64,000 nt of DNA from Takakia lepidozioides (taxonomy: Eukaryota; Plantae; Bryophyta), in assembly GCA_030704615.1 (NCBI GenBank), contig CM060732.1:54498001-54562000 (forward strand), read 5' to 3'. Position 1 is the stretch's first letter. Every line of letters begins with the position of its first letter. Position numbers and translations under genes: made by a program. The notes under the pieces are model-generated. The model did not search any database. It was not told where the DNA came from and worked only from the letters and a program-made list of their open reading frames with translations. This document shows positions 35,225-52,069 of this stretch, piece after piece.

Positions 35225-38200
35225 ATGGAACCTGCGCGGATATCAGTGGGCAATTTTCCGCCAGGGACAACAGCAAAGCAACTTGCCACCTATCTGGAGA
35301 GAAAAGTGGGCATTGTGGACCGTTGCAAAGTGAAGCAGGGAGTGACACCTCATGCATTCATCCAATTTGCATGTGCTGATGTGGCCAAGAAAGCCTGCCG
35401 ATTGGCAGAACAAAACCATCTTGTGATTCAAGGCATGCCTTTGAAGGTGTTCATGAGCAATGAGGAAGTACAACTAAGTCGAAGCAAGTCAGGTACCTTG
35501 ATCTCCTTCTCTTTCTCATGGCTTAAACTGTTCTTCATTTTCAACAGCATGTTGGTTTCTGTTTTCTTGGTGGTTTATCTCACATTGGCAAGGCCATCAC
35601 ATGGATGTTTTCAACTTCAATCACTTCTTTCATCCCCAGGGAACGTCATCCAGTTTACTCGGGCCCAGCTTTGTCTGGGTTGCCTCACTGGTCCCCACGA
35701 GCTGCTGCTCAGCTGGGAAGGTCCTCCAGCAGGGTGCACTTTCGAGGTTGACACACAGGAGAAGCAATTGCACTTCTTGTTTAGCCACAACAAGGACATT
35801 GGAGAGAAGGAGAATGCATCCGTGCCATGTGATATCAAGCTGGCGTTTCTGTTGAGACAGGTCAGGACTGTAAAGGCAGTTCAGTATTCAAGGCAGCAGG
35901 AGCCAGCCTTGATCATTCTTTTGCAGATGTCGGCACCCCCATTCATCTTCTACCGCACAGCTGATGATGATGTCTACTGCACAACCTCGTCAGAGCTGCT
36001 GGATGATGAGGACCCTTGGATCCGAACCACTGACTTCACATCCGACAAAAGCCTCGGTCGGTGTTTAACCTACAAGATCAGTTTTCCTCCTCAGCAGGGT
36101 TCTTCCTTCCGGAAACTTCTTGAGTATTTTAGGGTCCAGCGTGTGGGCGCCTCAACGTCCCTGCCATGTCTACAGCTGCCATATGAACGGAAGTCTCAGT
36201 ATCAGAGGGCTGCTTTCTTCGTTGTACCAAAGCAGACAGGAATTAGCTTTGACCTCATGTTCTTGGTCAATGTGCTTGTCCATCAGGGCATTGTGAATGA
36301 CAGAAGCTTGACAGATGGTTTCTACGACTTGCTGCAATCTGAACCTAACCTGGCAACACATGCACTGCGGCACATGGTAACGTACACACATCCTGTGTTT
36401 GATGCTCACAAAAGGCTACAGCAAGTCATTGACTGGACACGCAACTTTAATAATCCAAAGGAGAGCAGGTCAGCAAAAGGGAACATGCTGGTGCGGCGTT
36501 TGGTGATTACACCGACTAGGGCATATTGCCTTCTCCCTGAGGTGGAGCTATCGAACCGAGTGGTGCGCCACTTTTACAGTTTCTCAGACCGTTTCCTTAG
36601 AGTGTCATTCTGGGATGACAATTTGCAGCGGATGACTAGGGCAGAGCTGACAGTACCTGTCGCGGTCATTCTTCGTGATCTCTCCTCCCTCTGTGGATAT
36701 CCTCGCACCGATCTGTACAAAAGGGTTCTGAAATTACTCAAGGAAGGGTTTGAGCTATGTGGTCGGAGGTATTCATTCTTAGCTTTCACATCTAATCAGC
36801 TTAGAGATAACTCTGCATGGTTTTTCGCAGGAGACAAATATGTGACAGCACACCAGATTAGGGGCTGGATGGGTAGATTTCCCTTGCGAAATGTAGCCAA
36901 ATTTGCGGCGCGCATGGGGCAGTGCTTTTCATCCACCTTCCTCACCCTCAAGGTTCCCAAAAACGAGGTACATCATCTTCCTGACATTGAGCGCAATGGC
37001 TACAACTTCTCTGATGGTTGTGGAGTAATTGCTGCTGACTTTGCTCTGCAAGTTGCAATGAGCCTGCAGTTGCATAAGCCACCTTCTGCATTCCAGATCC
37101 GCTACGCAGGCTACAAAGGTGTGGCAGCTAAGTGGCCCTCAGAACCAGGTGCTAAGTGGAAGCTGGGGCTGCGCAATAGTATGAAGAAGTTTGATTCAGA
37201 CCACAGTGAACTTGAAGTCGTGGCCTGGACCCGGTTTCTACCCGGCTACCTCAACCGGCAGATTGTTACTTTGCTGTCAACGCTTCAGGTTGACAATGCA
37301 GTCTTTCAAGCGCGACAGGATGCACAGGTGCAGCGCTTGCAAGCAATGCTGGACCTCCCTAATGTGGCCTTAGATGTGCTAACTTTCACCTGTTCGGGGG
37401 ATCTGCAGAACACAGCAGTGAGTATGCTGCATGGTGGCTTCCACCCATCTATGGAGGCTCACCTCCATGACATGCTGCTTTCAATCCGTGCCTCTCAGCT
37501 GGATGAGCTGGTGTCCAAGGCCAGAATCTTCATTCCAGAAGCTCGGTGGCTGATGGGCTGCTTGGATGAGACAGGGGTTCTGCAGTACGGGCAATGTTTA
37601 TTTCAAGTGTCTGGCCCTTCAAATCATGGTTGCTTCCCTGGAGATGGCTTTGTTGAAAGGTCTAGAAGGAATGATTTCGTACAGGTAGTACAGGGAAAAG
37701 TGGTGATGACGAAGAATCCATGCATGCACCCTGGTGATATCCGGGTGCTGGATGCTGTCGATGTGCCTGCTTTGCACCACATGGTGGATTGCCTTGTGGT
37801 TCCTCAGACTGGAGAACGTCCCCATCCAAATGAGGTATCTGGCAGCGACCTTGATGGGGATCTCTATTTTGTATCCTGGGATCCTGGTCTGATTCCACCC
37901 AGCAGAACAAGTTGGAATCCTATGGACTACATTGCACAAGAGGCCAAGAACCTTGGACGTGAAGCAAAAATAGAGGTGGAGATTTCATCTATGCTGGGAA
38001 GGTTAATGCATGTGCTGATGTCCCTTTGCTGCTGACAAAAGATCATATTTCCACCTGCTTCTGGCTCTGTAACTTCTCTGCCTGTCAATTTTGCCTGCTT
38101 GTCTTCTTGTTCTTCTCTGTGTGTGAGTCATGTGTTTGTCTTGCAGGATGTCATGGAGTTTTTTGTCAAGCATATGGTGACTGACAGCCTGGGGGTCATA

Positions 38201-38992
38201 TGCAATGCACATGTGGTGCATGCAGACCGCAGTCCCCTAGGGGCTTTGGATGAGGCCTGCCTTCACCTTGCTGAGCTTGCAGCTATGGCGGTAGATTACC
38301 CCAAGACAGGAAAGGCAGTTATCATGCCCCCCCATCTGAGACCACACGAATACCCAGACTTCATGGAAAAGGACAAGGCTGTGACTTACAGGTCACAGGG
38401 TATTTTAGGTATATTGTACAGGGAGTTGAAACACATTACCGATAAGCAGCTGCAACAAGCAGAGGGCATGAGTGAGTCTGAGCCCTTTTATGACAACGAT
38501 TTGGAGGTGGTAGGCTTTGAGGCTTACGTGGAAGATGCCTGGGCGTTAAAATGCTTATATGAGGAACAATTGCGGGGCTTGATGCTGCACTTCGGCGTGC
38601 ATCGTGAGGCCGACCTTGTGACAGGCCATGTAGTGTTATGGCCCCGCCGCAATAGCCGGGGCCAAGGGGATTTAAAAGACCGCATGAAGCATGCCTACGT
38701 TGCCCTCCGAAGGGAATTTCGTGGTGTGTTTGAGACTCGTTCTCGACTGGAGCATGCTGCAGCTCATCAAGATACAGATGACTCAGTGACACTTGCAACA
38801 GAGGACATAGGGGACTTGACAGCCAAAGCTTCAGCGTGGTACCACGTGACCTACCATCCACTGTGGATTCAGAAAGCAAGGGATATCCCGAATGCTACCG
38901 AGAATGTAAGCATGAACCCTCTTCTCAGCTTCCCATGGATTGCTGTTGATGTACTGGCTCAGATAAAGGCTCAGAAGTTGACAGCTATGTGA
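35225..38992 (+). CDS. RDR6: RNA-dependent RNA polymerase 6. Exons 35225-35492, 35640-37975, 38147-38992
   Basis: N-terminal RRM-like region (ISVGNF..TTAKQL..YLE..VG.V.RC), RDR6-type FYRTADDD...LLDDEDPWIRTTDFT, AARMGQCFS, FSDGCG, AFQIRYAGYKG, KNPCMHPGD, catalytic SGSDLDGD, and C-terminal KASAWYHVTYHP/LLSFPWI. Confidence 0.93.
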
Positions 38993-41495
38993 AGAGCGGG
39001 TGGCTATATTTCCCAATGTTTCCCCTATGCATTGTATGAGACAATCAGCCCACTCAGCAGCCTGTTTTGCTTGCTTGGACAATAGCCAGGGGACTCCGTC
39101 AGCTTAGTGAGGGCATGTCGTTCCTCACATCGTCACTGACATCAAGTAGGGAAAATCCTTCCCTGGCCAAAGGTCCACTATGAAAGATTTGAGCAATGCA
39201 GACACTGTGATATGCAAGTTGCTGAAAAAGATTTGGGACCACAGGCACCTGACTACCAAATACCAAGGCCACCAAGATGCGATGCTACTTAGGCAAGGAT
39301 GTTGGGCACTTCATAGGAAGATGTGGTGGTTGCCTACAAGGAGTTCAGCATCAAGGTCACCTGCAGTGCCTGAATCGTCAATTGTGCTGCTGCTTCCAGT
39401 TGACCATCAACCCATGCAGATTTCTTGTAGCTATCAATCCACATTGAATCATAATTTTTGGGCTTGAAATCTGGCCCTCTAGGATGACACTCCATCTCTT
39501 CTCCGTTAGCTAGCCCTGCCTCTGCACCAATCATGTATAGACCCTAGCCTTGCCGCTGACAAAGACAGCCAGATTTGTTCTAGCAAACATCCAACCCTAC
39601 CTATCACACACTAGTTCCTATGCTGAATTGCTCCCAAGACTTTAACAATGTGCTTTGGGGAAGAGGGGATGACAATTTCCAGGAAAGATTTCCGAAGTAT
39701 CTTGCTGTGTGCTTCTCTCGGTAATTTAACAGGCATTCACCTGCTTCCCTCAATTGTCCAACCATTGACTGGGTTCTGAAAAATATTCCTTCCAAAGCTT
39801 CTCCTCGTCTCCTTGTGCGTCCTACTTTCATTCCCTGCTCCGGAAGAACAACCTGCGATATGGACGGTAAAAGCAGTTTTTGCAGAGCAAAACGAGATTC
39901 TAACTTCACTCATGTATGAGGGACCAGTGCTGGCCATATACCTTGCCATCCAATCAAAACCTCCTGGCTCAGTGATGGGGACTTGGTGACAGAGCTATGG
40001 ACCTGGGGGTTAAGACTTCAAAGTTGTGATAGAAATGGCTAGTTCCTCAGTACTTGTAATTTATCTCATGAAGTGTCTTCCTCCTCATCAATCTGTAATG
40101 TAATCTGCATTCAGTTGTGGGAAAGCTTGTTCATTCTTTGGTGATGGATGTAGTCAATTGATGGAAACAGTTGGATTATCTTGATCATTACATCTGAAAA
40201 CTCTAATGAGTGGTTATTACTGAAACTGAAGTCCATTTTTGTACCGGCAACTCCTGTTGTTTTGTACATATTTCCAAGGATGAGAGACATGCGGTCGAAT
40301 CCGGGGTACTGAAATTCTGTAATCCTGGATCTGTAATCTGTTGAGTCCGACATTGGGTGAATTGGGGCATCAGTTTAGGTACATTGCAAGTAATGTGATC
40401 TCTTTCTAATCACAGCAGCTTATAATACTGAAGATAGTGCCCCTCGCGCATCCCAACATTTTTGGACGATATGCTGCTCACCAGGTAACTGTAGTTCTGG
40501 TCTCAAGTAACCATCAGATGCTTATGTAAATGGGGACCACCGCTGGCAGCTGCCGGTTGTATAGAATGTGATGGGAACTGTAACAAGGATGGTGATAAGT
40601 TTCTCCAGTAGTGAGCTAGTCAATCGAAATTTTGGTAGGATCAACTCTTTCATCATAAGTCTCTGGTTCTATGGATTCTGGAGATGGCATTCTATTCCAG
40701 TGTCGAATGAAAGTGTCATGGGTAGGTCTGTTGGTGGTAATGTTCAAAGTGACAATGGGGAAGATGCCAACATCTCCCCGACAGTCAACAGTCGGGTGTG
40801 CTGCACCTTCACCTCACTTTGTTCTTTAAGATAATGTGATGCAATGGTACCTATCCTCAAGAGATTAGTGAAGAAATTTGCTGATGTCTGAGTATTGCTT
40901 GGGATGTTCTCTGTGCAATGATATGTCTCTGGATCTAAATCATGAGCTTGATGCAACAATGCTGGTATCAGTTTAACGGACAGAGTTGAGGAACTTGTTT
41001 TGCTGGAATGTCCATGTGAACAGATTCTGTGTTGAGCAATGGACTTCCCACTTCTAGATTCCTAAGAGCAGCTCATGAAATGATGTTTTCATCCATTTTC
41101 TGCCCATTTACACGTCCTTAGAGACAATGTTTTCGTCCAAACTGTTGCAAGACAATTTGTTATAACTACCAACCTCTTTCACAGTGATGCAGGCTCTTGA
41201 AGCTGCTTTCCATCTTCTTCTCTACCTTTTCATGTATTACACATCTCTTCACCTTCTGGGACACTGAACATATTCTCCGTCTATCATGTCTTCAGTCGTG
41301 GAGGGATGCAGCTAGATCAAAATGGAGCTACCCATTTCCTTCCTACCTTCCTAGGCTGCTTCTTTTATAGAGCACTTTGCTTCATTTCCCACCCAATTCA
41401 TCTCCGGTCATTCCTTTGTACAGGGGGAACCACCCCTGTTTTTTCAAGTTGGATCCTGAATTCAACGTCTTTAGACTGGAAATCGAGTTGTGGAG

Positions 41496-45020
<3,525 letters not shown>

Positions 45021-45606
45021 CTTTGTGGGCGTTCACGGTTTTGCCCATACATGCTTCGAGTCACATCAAAATTGAATTCTTCACTTCAATGGCAATGCTT
45101 CTTAACAATAAAGAACCCGGGACACATTAGCCTGGTTTCAGTTGCAAATGTGACCATGTTTGCTGGTAGTGTTTTTCAAATAAAGATGTCTGCTGATATA
45201 GAAAGAAATTCTTAAGAAGATGGGCTATGTTCTTGAACAAAACCAATTCTTCCAAAGCTTGACGTGCAAAACTCGCCCTCTCCTCTCAACTTCAGCTAAA
45301 GAGACTCCAAGGCCGATGACACTACTGTCCTTCTTCTTAAGGCAAACACAATCAATACGCAAACAAGGTTCTCCATACCTTGTGTCTGGTTTCAAGGTCA
45401 ACTTGTCGAAATCTGTGCCTTGATGTGGTCGCTGGTTATTGCTTTCTATATATCACAACTGGAGTCATTTTCCTCACAATCCCTCCCCCCATTCTCCCTC
45501 TCTTGGATTACTGGGCAATGAGTGAGACTTCTGATTTGCCTTGTGTGGGCCTGTCTTAGAGCTCATTCTCGTTGGCAATTGTGCAAGTCTCATCTCTTTC
45601 CGGTTA

Positions 45607-46168
45607 CCCTAGTCGGCAGGCTGATCCGGCAGTGAAGTGCCGAATATTTATTTTCTTTAACGGCAATGCCAAGAGGAGATTTTAAGTAATTTGGCGGACA
45701 AACTTACTCCATGCGGTTGAGCAGGTAGCCCAGTGGTTGGGTATATGTGCCTTGCCTGTGCATAACCTTGGTGATCCTGGGTTCAATCCTTCAACATGTG
45801 CCTTCAGACCGTCCAATGGGCCCTCGATGGCCTGTGTGTTGAGGAGTAGGCTCTGTAAATTCACTGGACGTTAAAGAATCTTTATCTTTATCTTTATCTA
45901 TCTACTGTACCAGATGTGGTAAAAACATTATGTGGGTTGTTAAGAGCCATGAGAGCATCTGGTCAATCATTAAATGCAGTGATTGTTCAGCCAATTATTC
46001 TAGGATTTCTCAGAGCTAAAGCACCACAAGCTCTAGGAAAATATTTTGTGCCTTGAAACATCTTTGAGTAGTTTGTTTGAGAATTTAGGCATTTTTTTCT
46101 AATTTTCATTATTTATTAAGCATGTTCATTTCTAATTATTTATTGGCGAATCAGCCTGCCGACTATGG
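45607..46168. mobile_element. MITE or non-autonomous DNA transposon with ~28-bp imperfect TIRs and TA target duplication (Tc1/mariner-type)
   Basis: Left end CCCTAGTCGGCAGGCTGATCCGGCAGTGA versus reverse complement of the right end CCATAGTCGGCAGGCTGATTCGCCAATAA; TA at 45605-45606 and 46169-46170. Confidence 0.8.
45715..45903 (+). mobile_element. tRNA-derived SINE-like element nested in the MITE
   Basis: Pol III A box TAGCCCAGTGG (45726-45736), B box GGTTCAATCC (45780-45789), and a 3' tail of (TCTTTA)3 after GGACGTTAAAG. No clear TSD. Confidence 0.6.
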
Positions 46169-46232
46169 TATATGTGATACCTGGCTATGGTATATGTGAT
46201 ACCTGGCTATGGTATATGTGATACCTGGCTAT
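46163..46232. repeat. Perfect 22-bp tandem repeat x3 (CTATGGTATATGTGATACCTGG)
   Basis: Directly visible; overlaps the right end of the MITE. Confidence 0.92.
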
Positions 46233-49200
46233 CTGCTAGAAAACTCATACTCTAGAGGCCTAACATTAAAGCAGGGTTGACTCTAAGGATGTTGAAGACC
46301 GACTCTAGAGGCCTAAGGGCCAACTTCCATGTAGTGATTTTTTGGAGGGCGAGACAGCGAAGGTGACGGCGAGCGTGAGTGCTAATATAAGCACCTTGGG
46401 AATGTAGAATCAGAAGTGAAGAATGGTTGTCCCGTCTAGCTTTATTGATTACTCTAATCCCAATCAGAAAAGTTTGTTACACTAGTTATATTTTCAGGGA
46501 AGGATGTTCAAACTATGAATATTGTCATATGATCATAGAGGCAGTGGAGTACTGGATACCCAAAGACTTATTACAAGTCAGATACACTGAGAAAGACAAA
46601 TGATATTATTGTGCCCATTAAAAGATTGGTGATCAATCAGTAAAGGGAAAATTAAGTCGTAATACGGATTCTGGCAAGATAAGGTAAATCTTGGAGAAAG
46701 GGTAGATACCACTATAATTTTTCTTTACTGACATACCAAGGCTGATTAAAAGGTGCTGAAAAGGAATTCTGTATATGATGTGGGAATGAATGAGGAAATT
46801 AAAGACAAAGCTAAGCAAGACAGAGCTGAAAGAATAGAGAAATATGTTGCAGAAATGGAAGCTCGGTTGAGAAAAGAGTTTCCAGAATTACAAAACTTGA
46901 ATATTATTCAAGGTGAGACATCAAAACAAATTGACGGTGATAAACCAGAAGATCAGGAAATCGGATCGTTGGAAAGTGAAAATATTACTCCAGAAGGAGT
47001 TGCCAGTAATGCACTTGATGAATGGTTACCACAAGAAAGATCTGAAGGACCTTCTACAGTAACAAGCCCAAATCAAGGCTTTGCTGAAATATTAGAAGAA
47101 AGATTTGAGAATATTCTGTGTGAAGAAGGTGAAAGAAGTGAAACCACTTCTCCAGAAAGGATAACCAGGATTGCACTCAAAGCTTTTAAAGATTCATTAA
47201 GCTTAGTAGGGACAGCAGCTGGAAGACGGCTATCATTGGGACAAGGGCCTCCTAGCTTTGAATCATTGTTTGGAAGACAAACACCAATAACACCACTAGC
47301 CTTGACAATCCCAACACCACCACAGCTGGCAGCAGCGGGACCATCCCAGTTTGGACAACCAGTTGCACCAGCAGCACCAATGGCGTTAGCAGCAAGCAAA
47401 ACCAGACCGTCGTTTCCTTTATATGATGGGAAATCTGATCCGGATATCCATCTTAATCAATTCGAGAACATGTGCACCATTTACAATGAAGCAACAGACC
47501 AAGAAAAGATCCGATTATCTCCTTGTTTAATGGCCAGAAAAGGCATTGAATGGTTGGCAACATTTCCAGCCAATCACTTTGTAAATTGGGCGGATATGAG
47601 AGCCGCATTTCAAGAAAGATATAGATCCAACAAATCCACGTCTGAAATCTTCACAGGATTACAGAACCTGAGATAGAAAAAGAAAGAATTGGTAGTCGAC
47701 TACCTGGAGAGAATGAAGACTCTGATCAGGAAGCTACCTCAAGCACCAGGTGATGACTTACAAAAATCATGGTTCATCAACGAACTTCGTTCTGAATATG
47801 TAACCATGGTTACAGTCATGCCTAACAACACTTTGGCTGAAGCAGTAGGAACTGCAAAGAAATTGGAATTGGGATTTCATCAGAGCAGAAGTAAAGATTC
47901 CAAGGATCCCTTGGAAGAAGAAGACTCTGATGATGAAGAAAAGCCCAAGCAGAAGAAGAAAGAAGTGATTGACAAAACCACTTTGGATCAGAAGATAACA
48001 GAGGCTATCAAGAATTTTAAAGATGAAGGGCCACGGAAGGCAACATGGTGTCACAAATGCGAGACTGCAGGACACTTGGCAACGGAATGCCACATGAAAG
48101 ACAAATATTGTGATATTTGTCATATGAACAATCATAATACCAGCCATTGTATTTACAATCAACGGGCCAAGAAGAGTGGGTACACACGAGAGGTGGGGGT
48201 ACACCAAGTCCAAATCCGACGGGGAGGATCGGATAGACCAAGACGATACAATATGGGTAATCGTTATCAAAGGCCACGAGATGACTATCCACCACGGGAT
48301 AGATAACATCAACCCAGAAACAAAGAAATCACGAGATGCCACTACTGCAAGAAAGAGGGACACTGGAAACATGAATGCCAGTTACGAATCAAGCATGAGG
48401 CAGAAGTGGGAAATATGGAAGCCGGACCGAGTGTAGCCGTGAGTGTGGTAACTCCTGTAGTGGATACCCTTGCGGTAACCCGAACTCAGGCCAAGAAACA
48501 GAAACCTCCAGATAAGGAGAGTGAAGAAGAATGGAAACAATATCCAGAAAGTGCAGCATGGCCGGAAGAAAAGAGCTTACACAGGGAGGTAAGTAAAGCC
48601 ATAGCTCAAATGCAAGAGGGAACCCATATACCTTCTGGAGAGCCTCCAGATAATCAAATCAGACCAACGATGAAGACCACGAATGCAACCACGAAAACAG
48701 AATTGGCTGAAGTAATCTGCCAGACCAAGACAATTATTAAAAATTGCTCCACACTGCAAGAAAACTTTATTTCAGGCAATCGAGGCATTGACCCCCACAC
48801 AAAAACAAAAACCAACACCAGAGGTTTACACGATTAAACCCACAACTATACGACAAACTCCAAACTACGACGAAGCAATACCCGTAATACAAGTACGTAT
48901 TGGACGAAAGATGGTAACGGATGTACTCATCGATGGAGGATCCGGAGTGAATATCATGACAGATAAGATGAAGAAGTCACTAGGATTGGGGCACATGGAA
49001 CCTGCTCCATCCACGGAAAGTGCAACCATTGGGTATCATCAGACGACTTGCAATGGAAGTAGAAGGACTGGTATATGAAGTATCAGTAATCATTCTCAGA
49101 ATGGAGGATGTGGCAGAAGGATATTCGCTACTACTTGGCCAACCATGGTTAACACAAGCCCAATCACACCACAATTGGGGAAGTCAGACGCTCACGATCA

Positions 49201-50128
49201 AAAAGGGATCAGAACAAGTCACCATTACTACGAAGCAACGAGGTACCATTCCACGAGAGAAACGACCTTGCATAGTGGAAGAATATGATTGGTCCAATGG
49301 ACTGTCGGATGAAGAAGAAGCCACAGTATATGCAACACATCCACAGTTGGAACCTATTGGGCAATTAATGGTCAAGCATACCACAACAGTAGGGTGTCAC
49401 ATGGTGAACACCTAAGGAGAACCGAATACTTCGAGAACGGAAGATCCAGAGGAAGAAGCTATGGACACACCTCAACACCCTGCCCGTTTTTATCAAGAAA
49501 GGGAAGAGGACATTAAAATCAGTGAAGTACCTGCCACGATTGCAACCATCGGACAAGAGATTACAGGATGGACAGTAACGGAAGAAACTCAATTGATTCA
49601 AGTGAATCTGGGAAGAGTGGAACAACCACAGATAATACGAGTAAGTGCAGGTCTTGACGAATCATTTCTACAAGAAGCCACTGCATTATTTACTGAATAC
49701 AATGATGTATTTGCCTGGAACTACAAAGATTTGAAGGGTATACCTTCTAACATCTGTCAACACCGAATTGAATTGGAAGTTGACACAAAACCAATTCGTC
49801 CGAACCATTACAGAATGAACCCCAACTATGCAACTAAAGTTTGGGAAGAAATCAAGAAATTACTGGATGCAGGATTCATATACCCAGTGGAGACACCACA
49901 ATGGTTATCACCCATGTGATAGTACCCAAGAAAAATGGAAAATTACGAGTATGTGTGGACTACCGCAAGTTAAACGCAAGAACCAAGAAGACCCCTTCGA
50001 ATACCGATATCTTGCTTCGGTATTCGAATACCGATGGTCTCCAGCTTGCCATGAATCATTTGATTCACTAAAAAGGGCACTCACAGCAGCACCAATTCTG
50101 ATAAATCCAAGATGGGATTTACCATTTC

Positions 50129-52069
50129 ATGTACATAGGCATTGCTTTGGGAGCAGTTCTAGCTCAGAATGTGACAGGCACAATAGATTCACCAATCTAT
50201 TATGCAAGCAGATTGTTGACAGCAGCCGAAAAGAACTATAGCACCACAGAAAGGGAAGCATTGGCAATGATTTATGTTGTTCAAAAATTTCGGCATTATT
50301 TACTTGGCAATCGCTTTAAGTTTATTGTTGTTCATCAGGCTCTAGTTCATTTAGCAAATCGACCATTATCTAGTGGCAGGGTTGCTCGATGGTTATTACT
50401 TCTTCATGAGTATGATTTTGAAGTTGTTCATAAACCAGGGAGATTACATGTTACAGCAGATCATCTGTCAAGGATTACCACAGGAGAACCAGCCACGGGG
50501 GTAGAGGATCAACTTCCCGACGCATTTATGTTTACTGTTCAACCAAAAGCACCAGATGAAGAGACAAATCCTATAGACGCTCTGGGAATGTTTCAAGGAG
50601 ACTATGACCTTCCAGATGCTCTTAAACTCATGGATGACACTGATGAAGACGATGACTCATCAGATGAAGATGAACCTCTTGATGAAGGACCTATTATTGA
50701 GGAAGAACCAGATCCAAAAGAAGAAGATGACAAGGAAAACAAAGAAACAAACAATCAAGAATTGGCCAATATCAGTATTGGAGCTTATACAGTGACCAAG
50801 GAAGAATCAGAAGACAATCGGAATCAAGATCAAGATGATTGGCAATGGCCAATCAAATACTATTTGAACAGAGGGAAATTTCCTGAAGACTACACCAAAG
50901 ATGACAGGAAAAAGCTTTCAATGAAAAGCAAGCCATACACAATAATCAAGGGGATTCTGTACAAAAGAGGAATTGACTCCATAATGAGAAGATGTGTAAA
51001 CAAAGAGCAAGCCAAAACAGTGATGCAAGAGCTACACGAAGGAATTGCAGGAGGACACTACAGTTCGGACCTGACAGCAAAGAAGATATTATTAGCAGGT
51101 TACTGGTGGCCTACTGTATTTGGAGACACTTATGAACACTGTCAACAGTGTGATGTTTGCCAGAGGATGGGACCAGTAGAACGAACGGGGAAGGGTACTC
51201 TACACCCAATACCACCAACAGAACCATTTCAGCGCTGGGGGCTAGACTTCGTGGGGCCCATTAAACCTCCAGCAAGGTACACACATAATCAATACATCCT
51301 CACAGCCACTGACTACACTACCAAATGGATAGAGGCCAAGGCACTAAGAGACAACACTGCCAGATCGACAGCCAAATTCTTATATGAAAACATCATCACA
51401 CGATTTGGTTGCCCACTAGAATTTGTCAGTGATCAGGGATCACATTTTATAAATGATGCCATAAAATGCTTGACAGAGGAGTTCAAGATCGTACATCACA
51501 AGAGTACTGCTTACTATCCCCAAAGAAATGGCCAGGCCGAATCTACCAACAAGATATTATGCACTATCTTAACCAAGATAGTAAATGCCAATCGTATAGA
51601 TTGGGGCACCAAATTGAACATAGCACTATGGGCATTCAGGACATCATACAAGGTGACCATGAAACATACACCATTTCAACTGGTGTATGGAGTAGAGGCA
51701 CTATTACCCATTGAATGTATGATACCCACACTACGAACCGGAACTCATGAACGATGGGGTTTAGAGGAATCTCTACGAGTCAGGGAATATGAGTTATTCC
51801 ATCTGGAAGAAGTTCGGGCAGATGCCGCAGATAACATGGCACGAATCCAAGAACAACGAAGAAAAAGAATATCCGAAGGGAAAGAGAAATCTTTCCAGGA
51901 TGGGGACATTGTTTTATGGTTACCAAAAATCAAGAAGATCAAACTGGGCGGAAAATTGAAAATGCCATGGATGGGACCATTTCAAATCAAAAGGTACATG
52001 ACAATGGAACTGTGGATTTGCAGACCTTGGAACAAGAATTCGTGGGACGAATTAATATTAACAAGTTAA
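50129..52069 (+). pseudogene. RNase H-integrase portion of pol (gypsy element 2)
   Basis: 646-codon ORF with RNase H and complete DDE integrase motifs, plus an acidic linker. Confidence 0.88.

Noticed and set aside
45715-45800. tRNA gene
   Set aside because: A and B boxes are present, but there is no convincing cloverleaf or acceptor stem, and it runs into a repeat tail; treated as a SINE.
46343-46360. PBS for gypsy element 2 (TGGAGGGCGAGACAGCG)
   Set aside because: I cannot match it to a tRNA 3' end, and no second LTR copy is present to fix the boundary.
47767-48372. 201-aa hydrophobic minus-strand ORF (also 53509-54036 and 54329-54769)
   Set aside because: Shadow frames of A-rich gag and accessory ORFs on the + strand.
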